Part shown: positions 35,189-44,861 of the stretch, in pieces
Position numbering within the stretch: the first letter of the stretch is position 1
Layout: each line of letters starts with the position of its first letter
Assembly (NCBI GenBank): GCA_947629715.1
Contig: CANRET010000003.1
Coordinates: forward strand, 21,193 to 85,192
Direction of reading: 5' to 3'
DNA length: 64,000 nucleotides
DNA from: an uncultured Akkermansia sp.
GTDB taxonomy: Bacteria > Verrucomicrobiota > Verrucomicrobiia > Verrucomicrobiales > Akkermansiaceae
The notes under the pieces: model-generated
The model's input: the letters and a program-made list of their open reading frames with translations, nothing else
Told to the model about the DNA's origin: nothing
The model's database searches: none
Translations under genes and position numbers: made by a program

Positions 35189-37396
35189 ATGGATCCGATA
35201 TACTACGTTATTTACGGGACGCTTCTGCTTTTGTCCGTATTCGGGTTAAAGGTAGGTGTGAGCAATGATGCGGCGAACTTTTTAAACTCATCGCTTGGAT
35301 GTCGCGCCGGATCATTTTACGCTGTTGCAGCGGTGGCGGCGCTCGGTGTGTTGCTGGGCGCCAGCTTTTCCAGCGGGATGATGGAAGTTGCACGCAGTGG
35401 TGTGTTCAACCCGCGCATGTTCAATTTTCATGAGGTAATGCTCTTATTTTTGGCGGTGATGATTTCCAACGTCATCCTGCTTGATGTGTACAATACACTC
35501 GGCTTGCCCACATCGACTACGATATCGCTCGTGTTTGCGTTGCTGGGATCCTCTATCGGCATGGCAGTGTACAGCAAGGATATGGCCACGGATGATGCGC
35601 CATTGGCTGTTTATATTAACACGAGCAATGCATTCGCTATCGTTGTGGCTATCTTTGTTTCGGTGGTTATCGCCTTCACGCTCGGTTCCGCCATCATGTG
35701 GTTTGCGCGTTTGCTTTTCAGCTTCCACTACACTCGTGCCTACAGGTACATTGGTCCTCTGTGGAGTGGATCAGCGCTCACCGCCATTACCTATTTTGCC
35801 GTTTTCAAGGGTCTTAAAGACAGCTCCATGCTTTCTTCGGAGATGAAGGAAGCGTTGAATGCTGACGTAGGAGCAACGATGACATGGTGTTGGGTGGCAT
35901 GGTTAGCGATCATGGCGTTTTTGCAATATGTGTGCCGCGTAAATACACTGAGAATAGCGGTGCTGAGCGGAACAGGCGCTTTGGCGCTGGCGTTTGCCGG
36001 CAATGATCTGGTGAACTTCATAGGCGTGTTTATGGCGGCGCAGACGAGCATGGATATTGCTGCCAATCACGTGGGTGATGTGTCGGGGATGATGATGAGC
36101 GAGTTGGCAGATACGGCTATTCAAGCCAATCCACTTTATTTACTTACAGCCGGGCTTATCATGGTAGCGTCGCTCTTTCTCTCCAAGAATGCGCGCAAGG
36201 TGACGGAAACGGAGCTCAAACTCTCCTCTGCCAACACAGGCAAGGAACGGTTCGGTTCCAGTTTGGCGGCTCGTGTGATGGTTCGCTATGCGCTCAATAC
36301 TGCCCGCTTCATTGAACGCATTACGCCCGAACCCATCGCTCGCTTTGTAGGAAATCGCTTTGCGCCGCTCTCGCCGGAGGAGGAAACGGGCGCCAACTAC
36401 GACTTGGTGCGTGGTTCGGTAAACTTGACGACAGCCGCGCTTCTCATTTCCATTGCCACGTCCATGAAGATGCCGCTCTCTACGACTTACGTCACCTTTA
36501 TGGTGGCCATGGGGTCTTCGTTGGCGGATCGAGCATGGGGACGCGATAGCGCGGTGTACCGCATTACCGGTGTGCTCACGGTGACAGGAGGCTGGTTTTT
36601 GACTGCCATCGGTGCGTGCTTGGCGTCTTTTTTGGTGGCGTTGGCATTGTCGTACGGCGGTGTATGGACGCAGTATGGCATGATTGTTTTGGCGCTTGCC
36701 CTCTTGGCGCGCTCCACCTTCCTGGCGCACAGCGACAAGCAGGAGTACAAACTGCTGGATGTGCGTAAGGATTCCCAAGTGTACGAGTATGGCGCTGCCG
36801 CCGCGGGGCGTCTCGGGCGTATGGTCGGCATCTACAATGCCATGGTCAAGGCGTTGTTGGTGGAGGATCGAGATTCGCTGAAAAGGCTGCGCAAGAAGGC
36901 TCGCTCCATTAAGCAAGATCTCAAGCTTGTCAAGGAGAATGAGGTCTTGCCCACACTCGCTTCTATCCCGAAAGATCAGGCGGATCGAGGACAGCTCATT
37001 TTCCGCATTGTCGAGATATCCATTTCCACTTGTGATTGTTTGGTCACGCTTGTGAAGGCTGCTTACAACCACATTGACAATAATCACACCGGATTGAACG
37101 ATGACCAGGCGAAAGATCTGCTGGCTCTCACCGGCAAAATCGGACGCTTCTACCCGAATATTTTGGATATGCTCAAGGCAGGTGATTACGTTGGCATTGA
37201 TAAATTGCTCACCGGAAGTGAGGAGTTGGGACAAGAGTTTGCGGATTTCATTACGCGGCATCTTATGCAAAACGCCTCGGATGAAAGCGGCATGCGCACG
37301 GGTATTCTTTACCTAACGCTTCTCAATGAAACGCGTGCCATGGTGAGCCACGCTTTCGCCCTTATCCGCTGCATTGAGGAACTCTACAAGGGGTGA
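35189..37396 (+). CDS. PiT-family inorganic phosphate transporter with C-terminal helical (PhoU-like) domain
   Basis: GVSNDAANF, LPTSTT, FAGNDLVNF, PLSTTYV repeated PiT motifs. Confidence 0.88.
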   Translation: MDPIYYVIYGTLLLLSVFGLKVGVSNDAANFLNSSLGCRAGSFYAVAAVAALGVLLGASFSSGMMEVARSGVFNPRMFNFHEVMLLFLAVMISNVILLDVYNTLGLPTSTTISLVFALLGSSIGMAVYSKDMATDDAPLAVYINTSNAFAIVVAIFVSVVIAFTLGSAIMWFARLLFSFHYTRAYRYIGPLWSGSALTAITYFAVFKGLKDSSMLSSEMKEALNADVGATMTWCWVAWLAIMAFLQYVCRVNTLRIAVLSGTGALALAFAGNDLVNFIGVFMAAQTSMDIAANHVGDVSGMMMSELADTAIQANPLYLLTAGLIMVASLFLSKNARKVTETELKLSSANTGKERFGSSLAARVMVRYALNTARFIERITPEPIARFVGNRFAPLSPEEETGANYDLVRGSVNLTTAALLISIATSMKMPLSTTYVTFMVAMGSSLADRAWGRDSAVYRITGVLTVTGGWFLTAIGACLASFLVALALSYGGVWTQYGMIVLALALLARSTFLAHSDKQEYKLLDVRKDSQVYEYGAAAAGRLGRMVGIYNAMVKALLVEDRDSLKRLRKKARSIKQDLKLVKENEVLPTLASIPKDQADRGQLIFRIVEISISTCDCLVTLVKAAYNHIDNNHTGLNDDQAKDLLALTGKIGRFYPNILDMLKAGDYVGIDKLLTGSEELGQEFADFITRHLMQNASDESGMRTGILYLTLLNETRAMVSHAFALIRCIEELYKG

Positions 37397-38181
37397 TTGC
37401 CGACAGAAGAAAGGTCACCGGTAACGATGCGACGGAAGAAAGCATCGGCCTCTGCGCTATCCGGAGGGGAGGGGAAGGGAAGAGCCTCTATTTGTCGGCG
37501 CAGTGTGGCCATCTCGCGTTGAATGTAGGAGAGAGCTTCAGGGATGGGAGCGCCGTACGCTTTCTCCACATTCCCAGTGCGGAGGGTGAGCAATTCATTC
37601 ACCGTACCTTGCATGTCGCGAGGAAGCATTGCTGCACATAGATCGGAAAAAAGCATGGGCGCAGGAGTATGCTCTTTTAATACCCAGCGAGCTGCCAGCA
37701 GCGGGCGAATAGCATAGAAATATTCTTTGTATATGGGCTTTGCAACAGTCAGGTAACGTTTGTAGGAGCTGTCGGCCATGCCCAGGTAGCGCGAGGCCAG
37801 TCGCACGGGCTGCATGAGGCGACGGGTTACTGCACGAAACTCCTCCAGCCACGGAGATGTGCGGTAAACGATGGGAGAGTCGGCCCATTCGAAGACGCTG
37901 ATATTGGAGCGCAACGCGAGAAGGAGAGTCTTGCGTAAGTCCCAACCTTTGATGTCGTACACCTCGTTGAGTTCCCACTCGATCGTATCCCGAAGAGGAA
38001 GAATGCCCAGGTATTTCTCCCGCGGGTGCACGTAGATGCAGCGAACATCATAGTCACTTGTTTCGGAGGGAAAGCCCCAGGCACGACTGCCGGATTCAGC
38101 GGCGAAGATGATCTGACAGGCGTGTGTCGCTTCCAGCGAGGAGAGTTTGGCGAGTATTTGATCAGTGATGCTCAGATTCAT
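37384..38181 (-). CDS. Pol-beta superfamily nucleotidyltransferase (PF10127 RlaP/YcgL-like)
   Basis: ESGSRAWGFPSETSDYDVRCIY, GWDLRK, EWADSPIVY, KEYFYAIRP. Confidence 0.88.
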   Translation of the reverse strand: MNLSITDQILAKLSSLEATHACQIIFAAESGSRAWGFPSETSDYDVRCIYVHPREKYLGILPLRDTIEWELNEVYDIKGWDLRKTLLLALRSNISVFEWADSPIVYRTSPWLEEFRAVTRRLMQPVRLASRYLGMADSSYKRYLTVAKPIYKEYFYAIRPLLAARWVLKEHTPAPMLFSDLCAAMLPRDMQGTVNELLTLRTGNVEKAYGAPIPEALSYIQREMATLRRQIEALPFPSPPDSAEADAFFRRIVTGDLSSVGNHPL

Positions 38182-39268
38182 TGTGACGAAGAATGCGAAG
38201 TTGGGCGAGATCACGCTTCCAATCACCAAGTTGAGGGGTATCCGGGAGCGTTGATTTTTCAAAGAGGGATTTCATGTCGGCAATTTCGCATTGTACAAGC
38301 TGCAATGCCTCAGAGAAGGGTATTCGCCCGGCGCGAATATCGCGCAGCAGTGCATTATCGTACGTGCGCTGCACATGGATACGACCTTCGGTGGCAATTT
38401 CACGAGCTGTGTGGAGAAGGCGCAGCACGTGCATCATGTGCTTGGTGTCGTAGTTCCCTTCATCGGCAGGAAGTTTTTTATCCGTTTGCAGACGTGTTTT
38501 ATTACGTTTTTCCTGCCACTCGTGGTACTGAGCGATTGTGCGGCAGTGAGCGGCGTATGCCATAGTGTCCACCTGCATGCAGGCAAGGAAGGTCGATGCT
38601 GCATTGATGGCGGGGCATGCCACATTCGTGCCATCTCGTCCGAATAAACCGACAGGGTTGGTTTGGCGGTAGAGCGCCCACACATTCTGCTCCATCGGTC
38701 TGGCAGCAATATCTTTCCAGGTGAGTCCCGCCGTTCCCATCCACTTGATTAGCGGTTCCGTATTTTCGCGGTTGAGCACCCGAGCAAAATCTGCCAATGT
38801 TGCAGGGGCAGGGGGAGTCATGGTTGCCTTGTTATGCGTAGCGTGTATTCGCTTCAGCTGCGCAAGCGCATTGCCGACATAGGTCTTCGCACATACTTTT
38901 GAGAGGGGGTGACGACCGACAAAAAAGCGCGTGAGCCACTCGGCGCAATAGAGCTGTTGGCGTTGCCCCATGCAGGCCCAGAGCTCCAAAGCGCCGCTAT
39001 TATTGAGCTCAAGTTGACGGAGAAACTCGCCGAGCTCGGTGTATTGCCTATCGTGCGTGGAATCCTGCACAACCTTAGGAGCACAACCGGAGAGGACATC
39101 CTCTAGGCGTGCCATGTAAACCCCTTTGAAATCGTCATCGCTTGTTGGTGTATCCAAGCCGTATGCCCTGCTGCCGGCTACGCAGGAGAGACATATCAGG
39201 GGACGAATGTTGTGGACGTCATACTGCACGCAGTTCCCGATTTCAATCGTCTTTCCAGTCCACTTCAA
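38162..39268 (-). CDS. Pol-beta superfamily nucleotidyltransferase (PF10127 RlaP-like, long form)
   Basis: AGSRAYGLDTPTSDDDFKGVY, ELGEF, YDTKHMMHVLRLL; exact start uncertain. Confidence 0.88.
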   Translation of the reverse strand: MKWTGKTIEIGNCVQYDVHNIRPLICLSCVAGSRAYGLDTPTSDDDFKGVYMARLEDVLSGCAPKVVQDSTHDRQYTELGEFLRQLELNNSGALELWACMGQRQQLYCAEWLTRFFVGRHPLSKVCAKTYVGNALAQLKRIHATHNKATMTPPAPATLADFARVLNRENTEPLIKWMGTAGLTWKDIAARPMEQNVWALYRQTNPVGLFGRDGTNVACPAINAASTFLACMQVDTMAYAAHCRTIAQYHEWQEKRNKTRLQTDKKLPADEGNYDTKHMMHVLRLLHTAREIATEGRIHVQRTYDNALLRDIRAGRIPFSEALQLVQCEIADMKSLFEKSTLPDTPQLGDWKRDLAQLRILRHNESEHH

Positions 39269-39812
39269 TTTTTATTTCTCTCCCATTTTTATTCTCGTAG
39301 AGCACGTAGCCGTTCCGCACGCCAAATTGGTGCACAGCCATGGTTACTTTCACATCGTAGCAGCAGTATTTGGCTATATCGAGCAGGCATTGCACGTCTT
39401 TTGTCTTTTCGTATTGAGCCCACCACTTGAGAGCATCGGTGCCGTCTGCGGTTTTACTATGTCCGCCTAAGGTAGGGCGTGCTACAGAATCAAGTTTGAG
39501 ACGGTGGCCGAGGCGATCGGAGAGGTAGAGGCAGAGGTCGAGGTTGTGAGTGATTTCAGAGATCGTCCAGAAAGTGAAAGGCTGCAGCACGCCGTAATCA
39601 AAGCCGAGATGGTTATAACCGACTACCAAGTCGGCAAGTTTCAACTGCTCTATGAGTTGTTCCGCTTGATCTTCCGTGTAGATAGAATAGGCACTGGCGG
39701 CGGTGGAAAAGGTGACTCCCACGGACATGCCCATTTGGGCGGTTTCATGCCAACCACCAACTTCAGAGGCAGAGCGGCGTGTTTCAAGATCAAAGTACAC
39801 GATGTTTTTCAT
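39243..39812 (-). CDS. RNase H-like DEDD 3'-5' exonuclease domain protein
   Basis: YFDLET (ExoI), GYNHLGFD (ExoII), YCCYDV (ExoIII). Confidence 0.85.
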   Translation of the reverse strand: MKNIVYFDLETRRSASEVGGWHETAQMGMSVGVTFSTAASAYSIYTEDQAEQLIEQLKLADLVVGYNHLGFDYGVLQPFTFWTISEITHNLDLCLYLSDRLGHRLKLDSVARPTLGGHSKTADGTDALKWWAQYEKTKDVQCLLDIAKYCCYDVKVTMAVHQFGVRNGYVLYENKNGREIKIEVDWKDD

Positions 39813-40276
39813 GATTGAGAAGAGATGTTGTGTAGCGCTTCGTAGATGACAATGCCAACGGCGGTAGATAAATTGAGCGAGCGTGCGTGCTCTCCCGGCA
39901 TCGGAATGCGCAACGTTGTCTGCGCATGCTTTTGGAGCAGACTTTCCGGCAGGCCACGTGTTTCGGATCCGAAAACGAAATAATCGCCGTCACTCAATGG
40001 AATCAAGGGATTCCAAATGCTTCGCGTGGCCTTGGTGGAGAGCAGATGGAAATGTGCAGCGGGCGCTGCAGCAGCCCTCAGTTCATCCAGAGAATCCCAA
40101 AGTCGCAAATCGACGTGTTTCCAATAATCCAGTCCGGTGCGGCGCAGGTGTTTTTCATCCAAACTGAAGCCCAGCGGGCGGATGAGGTGGAGTCTCGAAC
40201 CCGTAGCCACGGCTAGACGCCCTGCCGCGCCGGCGTTGTGCGGAATTTCCGGATGGTGGAGGACAATGTGAAGCAT
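39809..40276 (-). CDS. trmL: tRNA (cytidine/uridine-34-2'-O)-methyltransferase
   Basis: LHHPEIPHNAG, LHLIRPLGF, RRTGLDYW, FGSETRGLP, RSLNLS. Confidence 0.93.
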   Translation of the reverse strand: MLHIVLHHPEIPHNAGAAGRLAVATGSRLHLIRPLGFSLDEKHLRRTGLDYWKHVDLRLWDSLDELRAAAAPAAHFHLLSTKATRSIWNPLIPLSDGDYFVFGSETRGLPESLLQKHAQTTLRIPMPGEHARSLNLSTAVGIVIYEALHNISSQS

Positions 40277-40291
40277 GGTTGTGTCTGAGAA

Positions 40292-40540
40292 TTACAGAGG
40301 GGCGAAGTCAGTAATGCGCGCCGTTTCCAAGTCAGCTGGGGAGAGAACGAGACTCACGACCTGTCCGGGCTGGAGGGCTCCGAGACGTTCTGCTGTGCGT
40401 CGTTGCATGTATGCAATCGTTGTCTTCCCATTTGGCAGGGTGGCGCGGAAGGCGGTGGACGCGATACGCTCCGTCAACGTACCGGTTGCATGGATTGCTT
40501 GGGCAGGGTAGCAACCTGCTGCTTTTTTGCGTGAACTCAT
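40292..40540 (-). CDS. Divergent translation initiation factor IF-1-like S1/OB protein
   Basis: GTLTE..AFRATLPNGK..IAY..LQPGQVVSLVLSPADLETARI aligns with IF-1 (GTV.E..MFRV.L.NG..ILPGD.V.VELSPYDL.RGRI). Confidence 0.75.
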   Translation of the reverse strand: MSSRKKAAGCYPAQAIHATGTLTERIASTAFRATLPNGKTTIAYMQRRTAERLGALQPGQVVSLVLSPADLETARITDFAPL

Positions 40541-40578
40541 AGCCGGGGGAGAAGAGGAGAGCCGGATGACGGCTCTTT

Positions 40579-42183
40579 TCAGAGCAGTATGTCTAAGCCG
40601 GAGCCGATGATATCTTTGACTTTTTGCACAGGCGGCTGCACAGGAGCTGGCGAGGGTGGGGCGCTGCTTTTTGTCTTATCGTCATCCTCATGATGTGGCA
40701 ATGAGGATGTGGCGTTAACAGGCAACCAATCGCCAAAGACATTGTTGAGAGATTGGACGGCCGTGTCAGAAAGAGAGGACATAAGTTGAGGCAGGATTGT
40801 GGCGAAACGCACGGAGAAGTCCTCATGGGGATCATCCAATGTGCCACTCAGATTGACATGCACCCAGATGTAGCCCGGAAGTTCTCCGGCTTTCTGAAAC
40901 AGTTGGTTAGCAACGGGGATGTTTTCGAGACCAAGCTGCACCGCTAATTGCTGAGGCACGGCGATTTTGAGTGTGCCGGAAAGCGAGCCGTCCGTGCCGG
41001 TAATCACGCGCCCGCGCACGATGAATTTTCCGTCCTCAGAACGAGCATCAATACGATCCCACAGCCAAGCATTGTGTATATTATGCTGCTCGTCCGAGTA
41101 AGGAAAACTGATATTACATGCGGCTTTCTCGAATTTGATGGAGCGGTATGGAGTTGTGTCGTTGACTCGGATTTTCGAGAGTATGGGTAAATCTTCCAGC
41201 ACCCCATCCTCCAAGCGTATTTTGCCACTCGCCTCCCAAGCGGCGCCAATTTGCCCTTTAAAATCCAGGTATCCTGCCAGAGAGCCCGACAGTTTTTTGC
41301 GCCAATCAGCCTTGAGCAAACGTGCTACGTTGGCGCGCTGTATATCGGCTCGAACTTTCCAGATTCCGGTACCGGGGGAGTACGTGGCTTTGGCTCGGAT
41401 GCTTCCCGGAGACAAAAGAATGTGGCATGAAGTAAGCTTGATGTCGTCGCGCGTGATTTTAACGGTAGCTGATTTTACGCCGCTTTCTGCCAGCCATGCG
41501 TACGGAGACACAATGTGTCCGTTTTCAAGATTGAGCGTCCACGTGCTATCACCCTCCTCGGGGGAGGGGAGGGCAGTCATTCGGTAACCTTTCAGCCCGA
41601 ATTCTCGGTTGTTGGCGAGCAACAAAGAGTCCGCGTAGTGCACCTCGAGGGTGCGTGCCTGTACGGCGCGGAAGAATCCGAAATTGCTATTTTTCGTCCT
41701 CTCCTCTCCTTGCGAGCGATCCATTACTGGTTTTTCTCGCTCTTTTTTTACTCCGTCTGTTGTTGATGTCCCGGCTTGAAAAACTAGGCGCAACTCCTCC
41801 GCCGAAAGTTGATTCATGCGCAAAATACGACTCAAAAGAGCTTTTCGATCAATGCTTACGTGGAGCCTGTGAATGCTCAGTTCCTTGAATGCTCCCGCCC
41901 GGAGCGCTGTGAACTGCGGTACGGTAATTTTATTCCCACTTACTTCCAAGTTCTCCGGGATGGACACTTGCTGCGCGTGCGTTGCTTGCTGCAGCAGGTC
42001 TTCAAGCTTGGCACGACAGCTTTCCCCTTGCAGCCACGATACAAAGAAAAAATACGCGATGATCATGAGAAGCCCCACCACGCTCATGATGGAGATAAAA
42101 ATCAAGGGGAGGCGATGAGCGACGCCAGTGTCAGGTGCGTTGGATTGTTTGGTCAGGAAGTCTCCTCGTTTTCGGCGTGCCAT
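40579..42183 (-). CDS. Hypothetical envelope protein, AsmA-like
   Basis: N-terminal TM anchor, beta-rich body, C-terminal VNLSGTLDDP motif. Confidence 0.7.
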   Translation of the reverse strand: MARRKRGDFLTKQSNAPDTGVAHRLPLIFISIMSVVGLLMIIAYFFFVSWLQGESCRAKLEDLLQQATHAQQVSIPENLEVSGNKITVPQFTALRAGAFKELSIHRLHVSIDRKALLSRILRMNQLSAEELRLVFQAGTSTTDGVKKEREKPVMDRSQGEERTKNSNFGFFRAVQARTLEVHYADSLLLANNREFGLKGYRMTALPSPEEGDSTWTLNLENGHIVSPYAWLAESGVKSATVKITRDDIKLTSCHILLSPGSIRAKATYSPGTGIWKVRADIQRANVARLLKADWRKKLSGSLAGYLDFKGQIGAAWEASGKIRLEDGVLEDLPILSKIRVNDTTPYRSIKFEKAACNISFPYSDEQHNIHNAWLWDRIDARSEDGKFIVRGRVITGTDGSLSGTLKIAVPQQLAVQLGLENIPVANQLFQKAGELPGYIWVHVNLSGTLDDPHEDFSVRFATILPQLMSSLSDTAVQSLNNVFGDWLPVNATSSLPHHEDDDKTKSSAPPSPAPVQPPVQKVKDIIGSGLDILL

Positions 42184-42385
42184 GATGCGTCCTATTTACC
42201 ATATATGTTGCGCTTTAATCAAGTCCAATCTCGCACTTTGTCGATTTCTTTTCCCAAGGCGCCTGGCTGCGATATTTTCCGGCTGCCTTGAACGATCCAC
42301 GATAAAAAAATTAAAAAACGTGCATTTCCGGATTGACTCTTGGTCGGTAGTGTGGTTGAATACATCCGAAGAACATCTTGACACC

Positions 42386-42559
42386 ATGAAAGCAGTTACT
42401 CTCATTACTATGCTTGTGGGTTCTGTGGCGCTGTCTTCGTGCTGCTGCCAGTCGCAGCCTGCGCCGCCGCTGCGCCCGATGCCCAAGGATTTGGTGAAGG
42501 ATACGCCTCAGGCGCCCTATGTGGAGCCGGTGAAGGTGTTCACCCAAAAAGGCAAGTAA
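42386..42559 (+). CDS. Small (57 aa) Pro-rich lipoprotein
   Basis: MKAVTLITMLVGSVALSS-CCC lipobox; followed by a terminator. Confidence 0.75.
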   Translation: MKAVTLITMLVGSVALSSCCCQSQPAPPLRPMPKDLVKDTPQAPYVEPVKVFTQKGK

Positions 42560-42628
42560 TCGTCTGCCCCGCACGGGTCGAGCGATGTGGCAGCTTCGCT
42601 TGCCACCGCCTTTGTCGTCTTTCTTTCG

Positions 42629-42662
42629 GAACCGTTGCCCTTTCGGCGGCGGTTCTTTTTTT
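42629..42662 (+). terminator. Intrinsic terminator
   Basis: GAACCGTTGCC-ctttc-GGCGGCGGTTC plus T7. Confidence 0.8.
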
Positions 42663-42760
42663 CATAAAAATGCGTCTGACTTGTAAATCTTTCTTGCATT
42701 CTCGCCATTTTTCGGTTAAATAGAGGCTTGTCAATTCTGCACAGAATGAGTTTCACTACT

Positions 42761-43576
42761 ATGAAAACGATTATTACTCGCATTGGTCTCCGTGCCCTTT
42801 CCTTCGGGATGGCTGCCCTGTTCATGATGCCCTCTGTCTTCGCCCAAGAGGCCGAAGGAGGTGCCGTCACTCAGAAGTCCGCGTTGGACAAATGGGTGAT
42901 TGACGGTGGATGGACGATGATTCCCCTCGTGGTGCTCCTTGCTGCCACGATTTTCCTGATTGTCTTCTGCATGATGGCCCTTACCAAGGAGAAGTTTTGC
43001 CCGGAGGAGTTGCGTTCGCAGATGCTTGCTCTCATGTCTGAGTGCCGTGTTCAGTCCGCTATCCAGCTTTCTACGACCAGCCCCACCTTCTTGGGACGTT
43101 TGGTTGCTTACGCCCTTCCCAACATTGATGCAAACCGTCCGGAGGATTTGGGCAAGGATGGCATTGAAGATGCCATTGCGGACTTCACGGCCAATGAGCG
43201 TCCACAGACGATGAAGTACGTGGACATGCTTGCGCTGATCGGCTCCTTGGCTCCGTCCATCGGACTGTTCGGTACGGTGCAAGGCATGGTGGGAGCATTC
43301 GCAATCTTGGCTGAATCTGGTCAGGCCGATCCGACTCAGCTGGCGAGTTCCATCTCTGTGGCTCTGCTCACCACGTTCTGGGGATTGATCGTATCCATTA
43401 TCGCCATTCCCGCTTTCTTCTTCCTGAAGAAGCACGCCCAGGCTCTTGAGGCTGACTGCGTGAATACCATTGAAGAGATGGTCAACACCTCTATCAACGT
43501 CATCAACGCCGAGGCTCAGCTTGCTCGTATTCCGGAGGGGCTTGACACAGGCGATGAGGCGGTTGCTGAGGCATAA
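42761..43576 (+). CDS. MotA/TolQ/ExbB proton channel protein
   Basis: GGWTMIPL, LAPSIGLFGTVQGMVGAF, ISVALLTTFWGLIVSI. Confidence 0.92.
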   Translation: MKTIITRIGLRALSFGMAALFMMPSVFAQEAEGGAVTQKSALDKWVIDGGWTMIPLVVLLAATIFLIVFCMMALTKEKFCPEELRSQMLALMSECRVQSAIQLSTTSPTFLGRLVAYALPNIDANRPEDLGKDGIEDAIADFTANERPQTMKYVDMLALIGSLAPSIGLFGTVQGMVGAFAILAESGQADPTQLASSISVALLTTFWGLIVSIIAIPAFFFLKKHAQALEADCVNTIEEMVNTSINVINAEAQLARIPEGLDTGDEAVAEA

Positions 43577-43678
43577 CCGCCGTGTCGTTTTCCCACGCGA
43601 GGGGAGTCAAATCTCTTGGCAAGTCCTTTCTGCGTGGTGTGGTGAGCACCTATTATTCTTTCGCAAATTTCAGATACT

Positions 43679-44200
43679 ATGGCAAAAAAGAATGCAAGAG
43701 GCAATGATGAGGTGAACGGCAACGTGAACCTCTCACCCATGATTGACTGCTGCTTCCTGCTGCTGATTTTCTTCGTGGTGAATGCCACGCAGATTACGGT
43801 GGCAAAGGATCCGAGTGTGAAGATGCCCAGTGCGGTTTCCTGCTCAGAACTCAAGGATGCCAACGGGTGCATCGTCGTGAACGTTTTTTCGGACGTGGAC
43901 AAGATGGCACCCAAAGCTCTTGAGAAATACAACAAAGCCTACCCAGCCAATACCCTGTGGGGCGTTGCTGATGCTAATGGAAATACAATTGGTTATAACT
44001 CCGGGCAGACGCAAGAACTCACCGACTTCATCAAGAAGCAGAAAGAAAATCTCAAGGGAAAGGGGTTGGAGGATTCTAAAGTGCGCCTCTATCTGCGTGG
44101 TGACATGGCTGCTCCGTGGGAGCGCTCCTCTACCGCTATTCGCTGCGCTGCCGCAGCCGGTGTTACCAATATCGTGTTCGGAACGTTGCCTTCTAAATAA
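43679..44200 (+). CDS. ExbD/TolR family protein 1
   Basis: VNLSPMIDCCFLLLIFF; LYLRGD. Confidence 0.9.
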   Translation: MAKKNARGNDEVNGNVNLSPMIDCCFLLLIFFVVNATQITVAKDPSVKMPSAVSCSELKDANGCIVVNVFSDVDKMAPKALEKYNKAYPANTLWGVADANGNTIGYNSGQTQELTDFIKKQKENLKGKGLEDSKVRLYLRGDMAAPWERSSTAIRCAAAAGVTNIVFGTLPSK

Positions 44201-44223
44201 AACTTCACGCACTTTAAAACGTC

Positions 44224-44724
44224 ATGGCCAGACATAAACAGATCAAGACAGAGGAGCAGGAGGATCCGGAGATGAATATCTCTTCGATGATCGACTGTTG
44301 CTTTCTCCTACTCATATACTTCCTGGTGGCAACCTCGTTGGTGAGTGAGAAGAAGCTCGACATCTCCATTCCTGCTTCTACACAATCATCCTCATCGCAG
44401 AAGCCCCCGGTTGATCCGGGGCGCATTGTCCTGCGAGCGGATGGCAGCGTCACGTGGAACGGTGACCTCACCGTGGGTGACGCCTACGATCCCGAGGCGC
44501 AACCCGGCACCAGCGAGTACCGCAGTCAGCGTGAATTGGATCAGCTCGTCGAGCAGCTTAAAAACTATAAGGATTTGGCAACATCTGTGCAGGCTGAACC
44601 CATAGTTATGCTCACCGGAGCCCCGTCTGCACCGCATCAGCGGATTGTCGATATCATGGCTGCCTTGGCGGAGGCCGGTATTAAGTCCGTCGGCATCAGT
44701 ACAGCTGATCCGGATGCGCAGTGA
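44224..44724 (+). CDS. ExbD/TolR family protein 2
   Basis: MNISSMIDCCFLLLIYF; RIVDIMAALAEAGIKSV. Confidence 0.9.
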   Translation: MARHKQIKTEEQEDPEMNISSMIDCCFLLLIYFLVATSLVSEKKLDISIPASTQSSSSQKPPVDPGRIVLRADGSVTWNGDLTVGDAYDPEAQPGTSEYRSQRELDQLVEQLKNYKDLATSVQAEPIVMLTGAPSAPHQRIVDIMAALAEAGIKSVGISTADPDAQ

Positions 44725-44763
44725 TTACGATGGCCACAGTAGAACGCAGTCTCGTATGAGTAG

Positions 44764-44808
44764 GAGGGAGTTGGGTATCGACCGCGTGCTGCAGCTCCCT
44801 CGCTTTTT
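44764..44808 (+). terminator. Intra-operon hairpin with short U-tract
   Basis: GAGGGAGTTG...CAGCTCCCTC-gcTTTTT between exbD2 and the TPR gene. Confidence 0.45.
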
Positions 44809-44861
44809 CCCGCTACGGCTTCACTCCTTCATCTTCCAACTTTTAATTTGAAAAATCCTTT

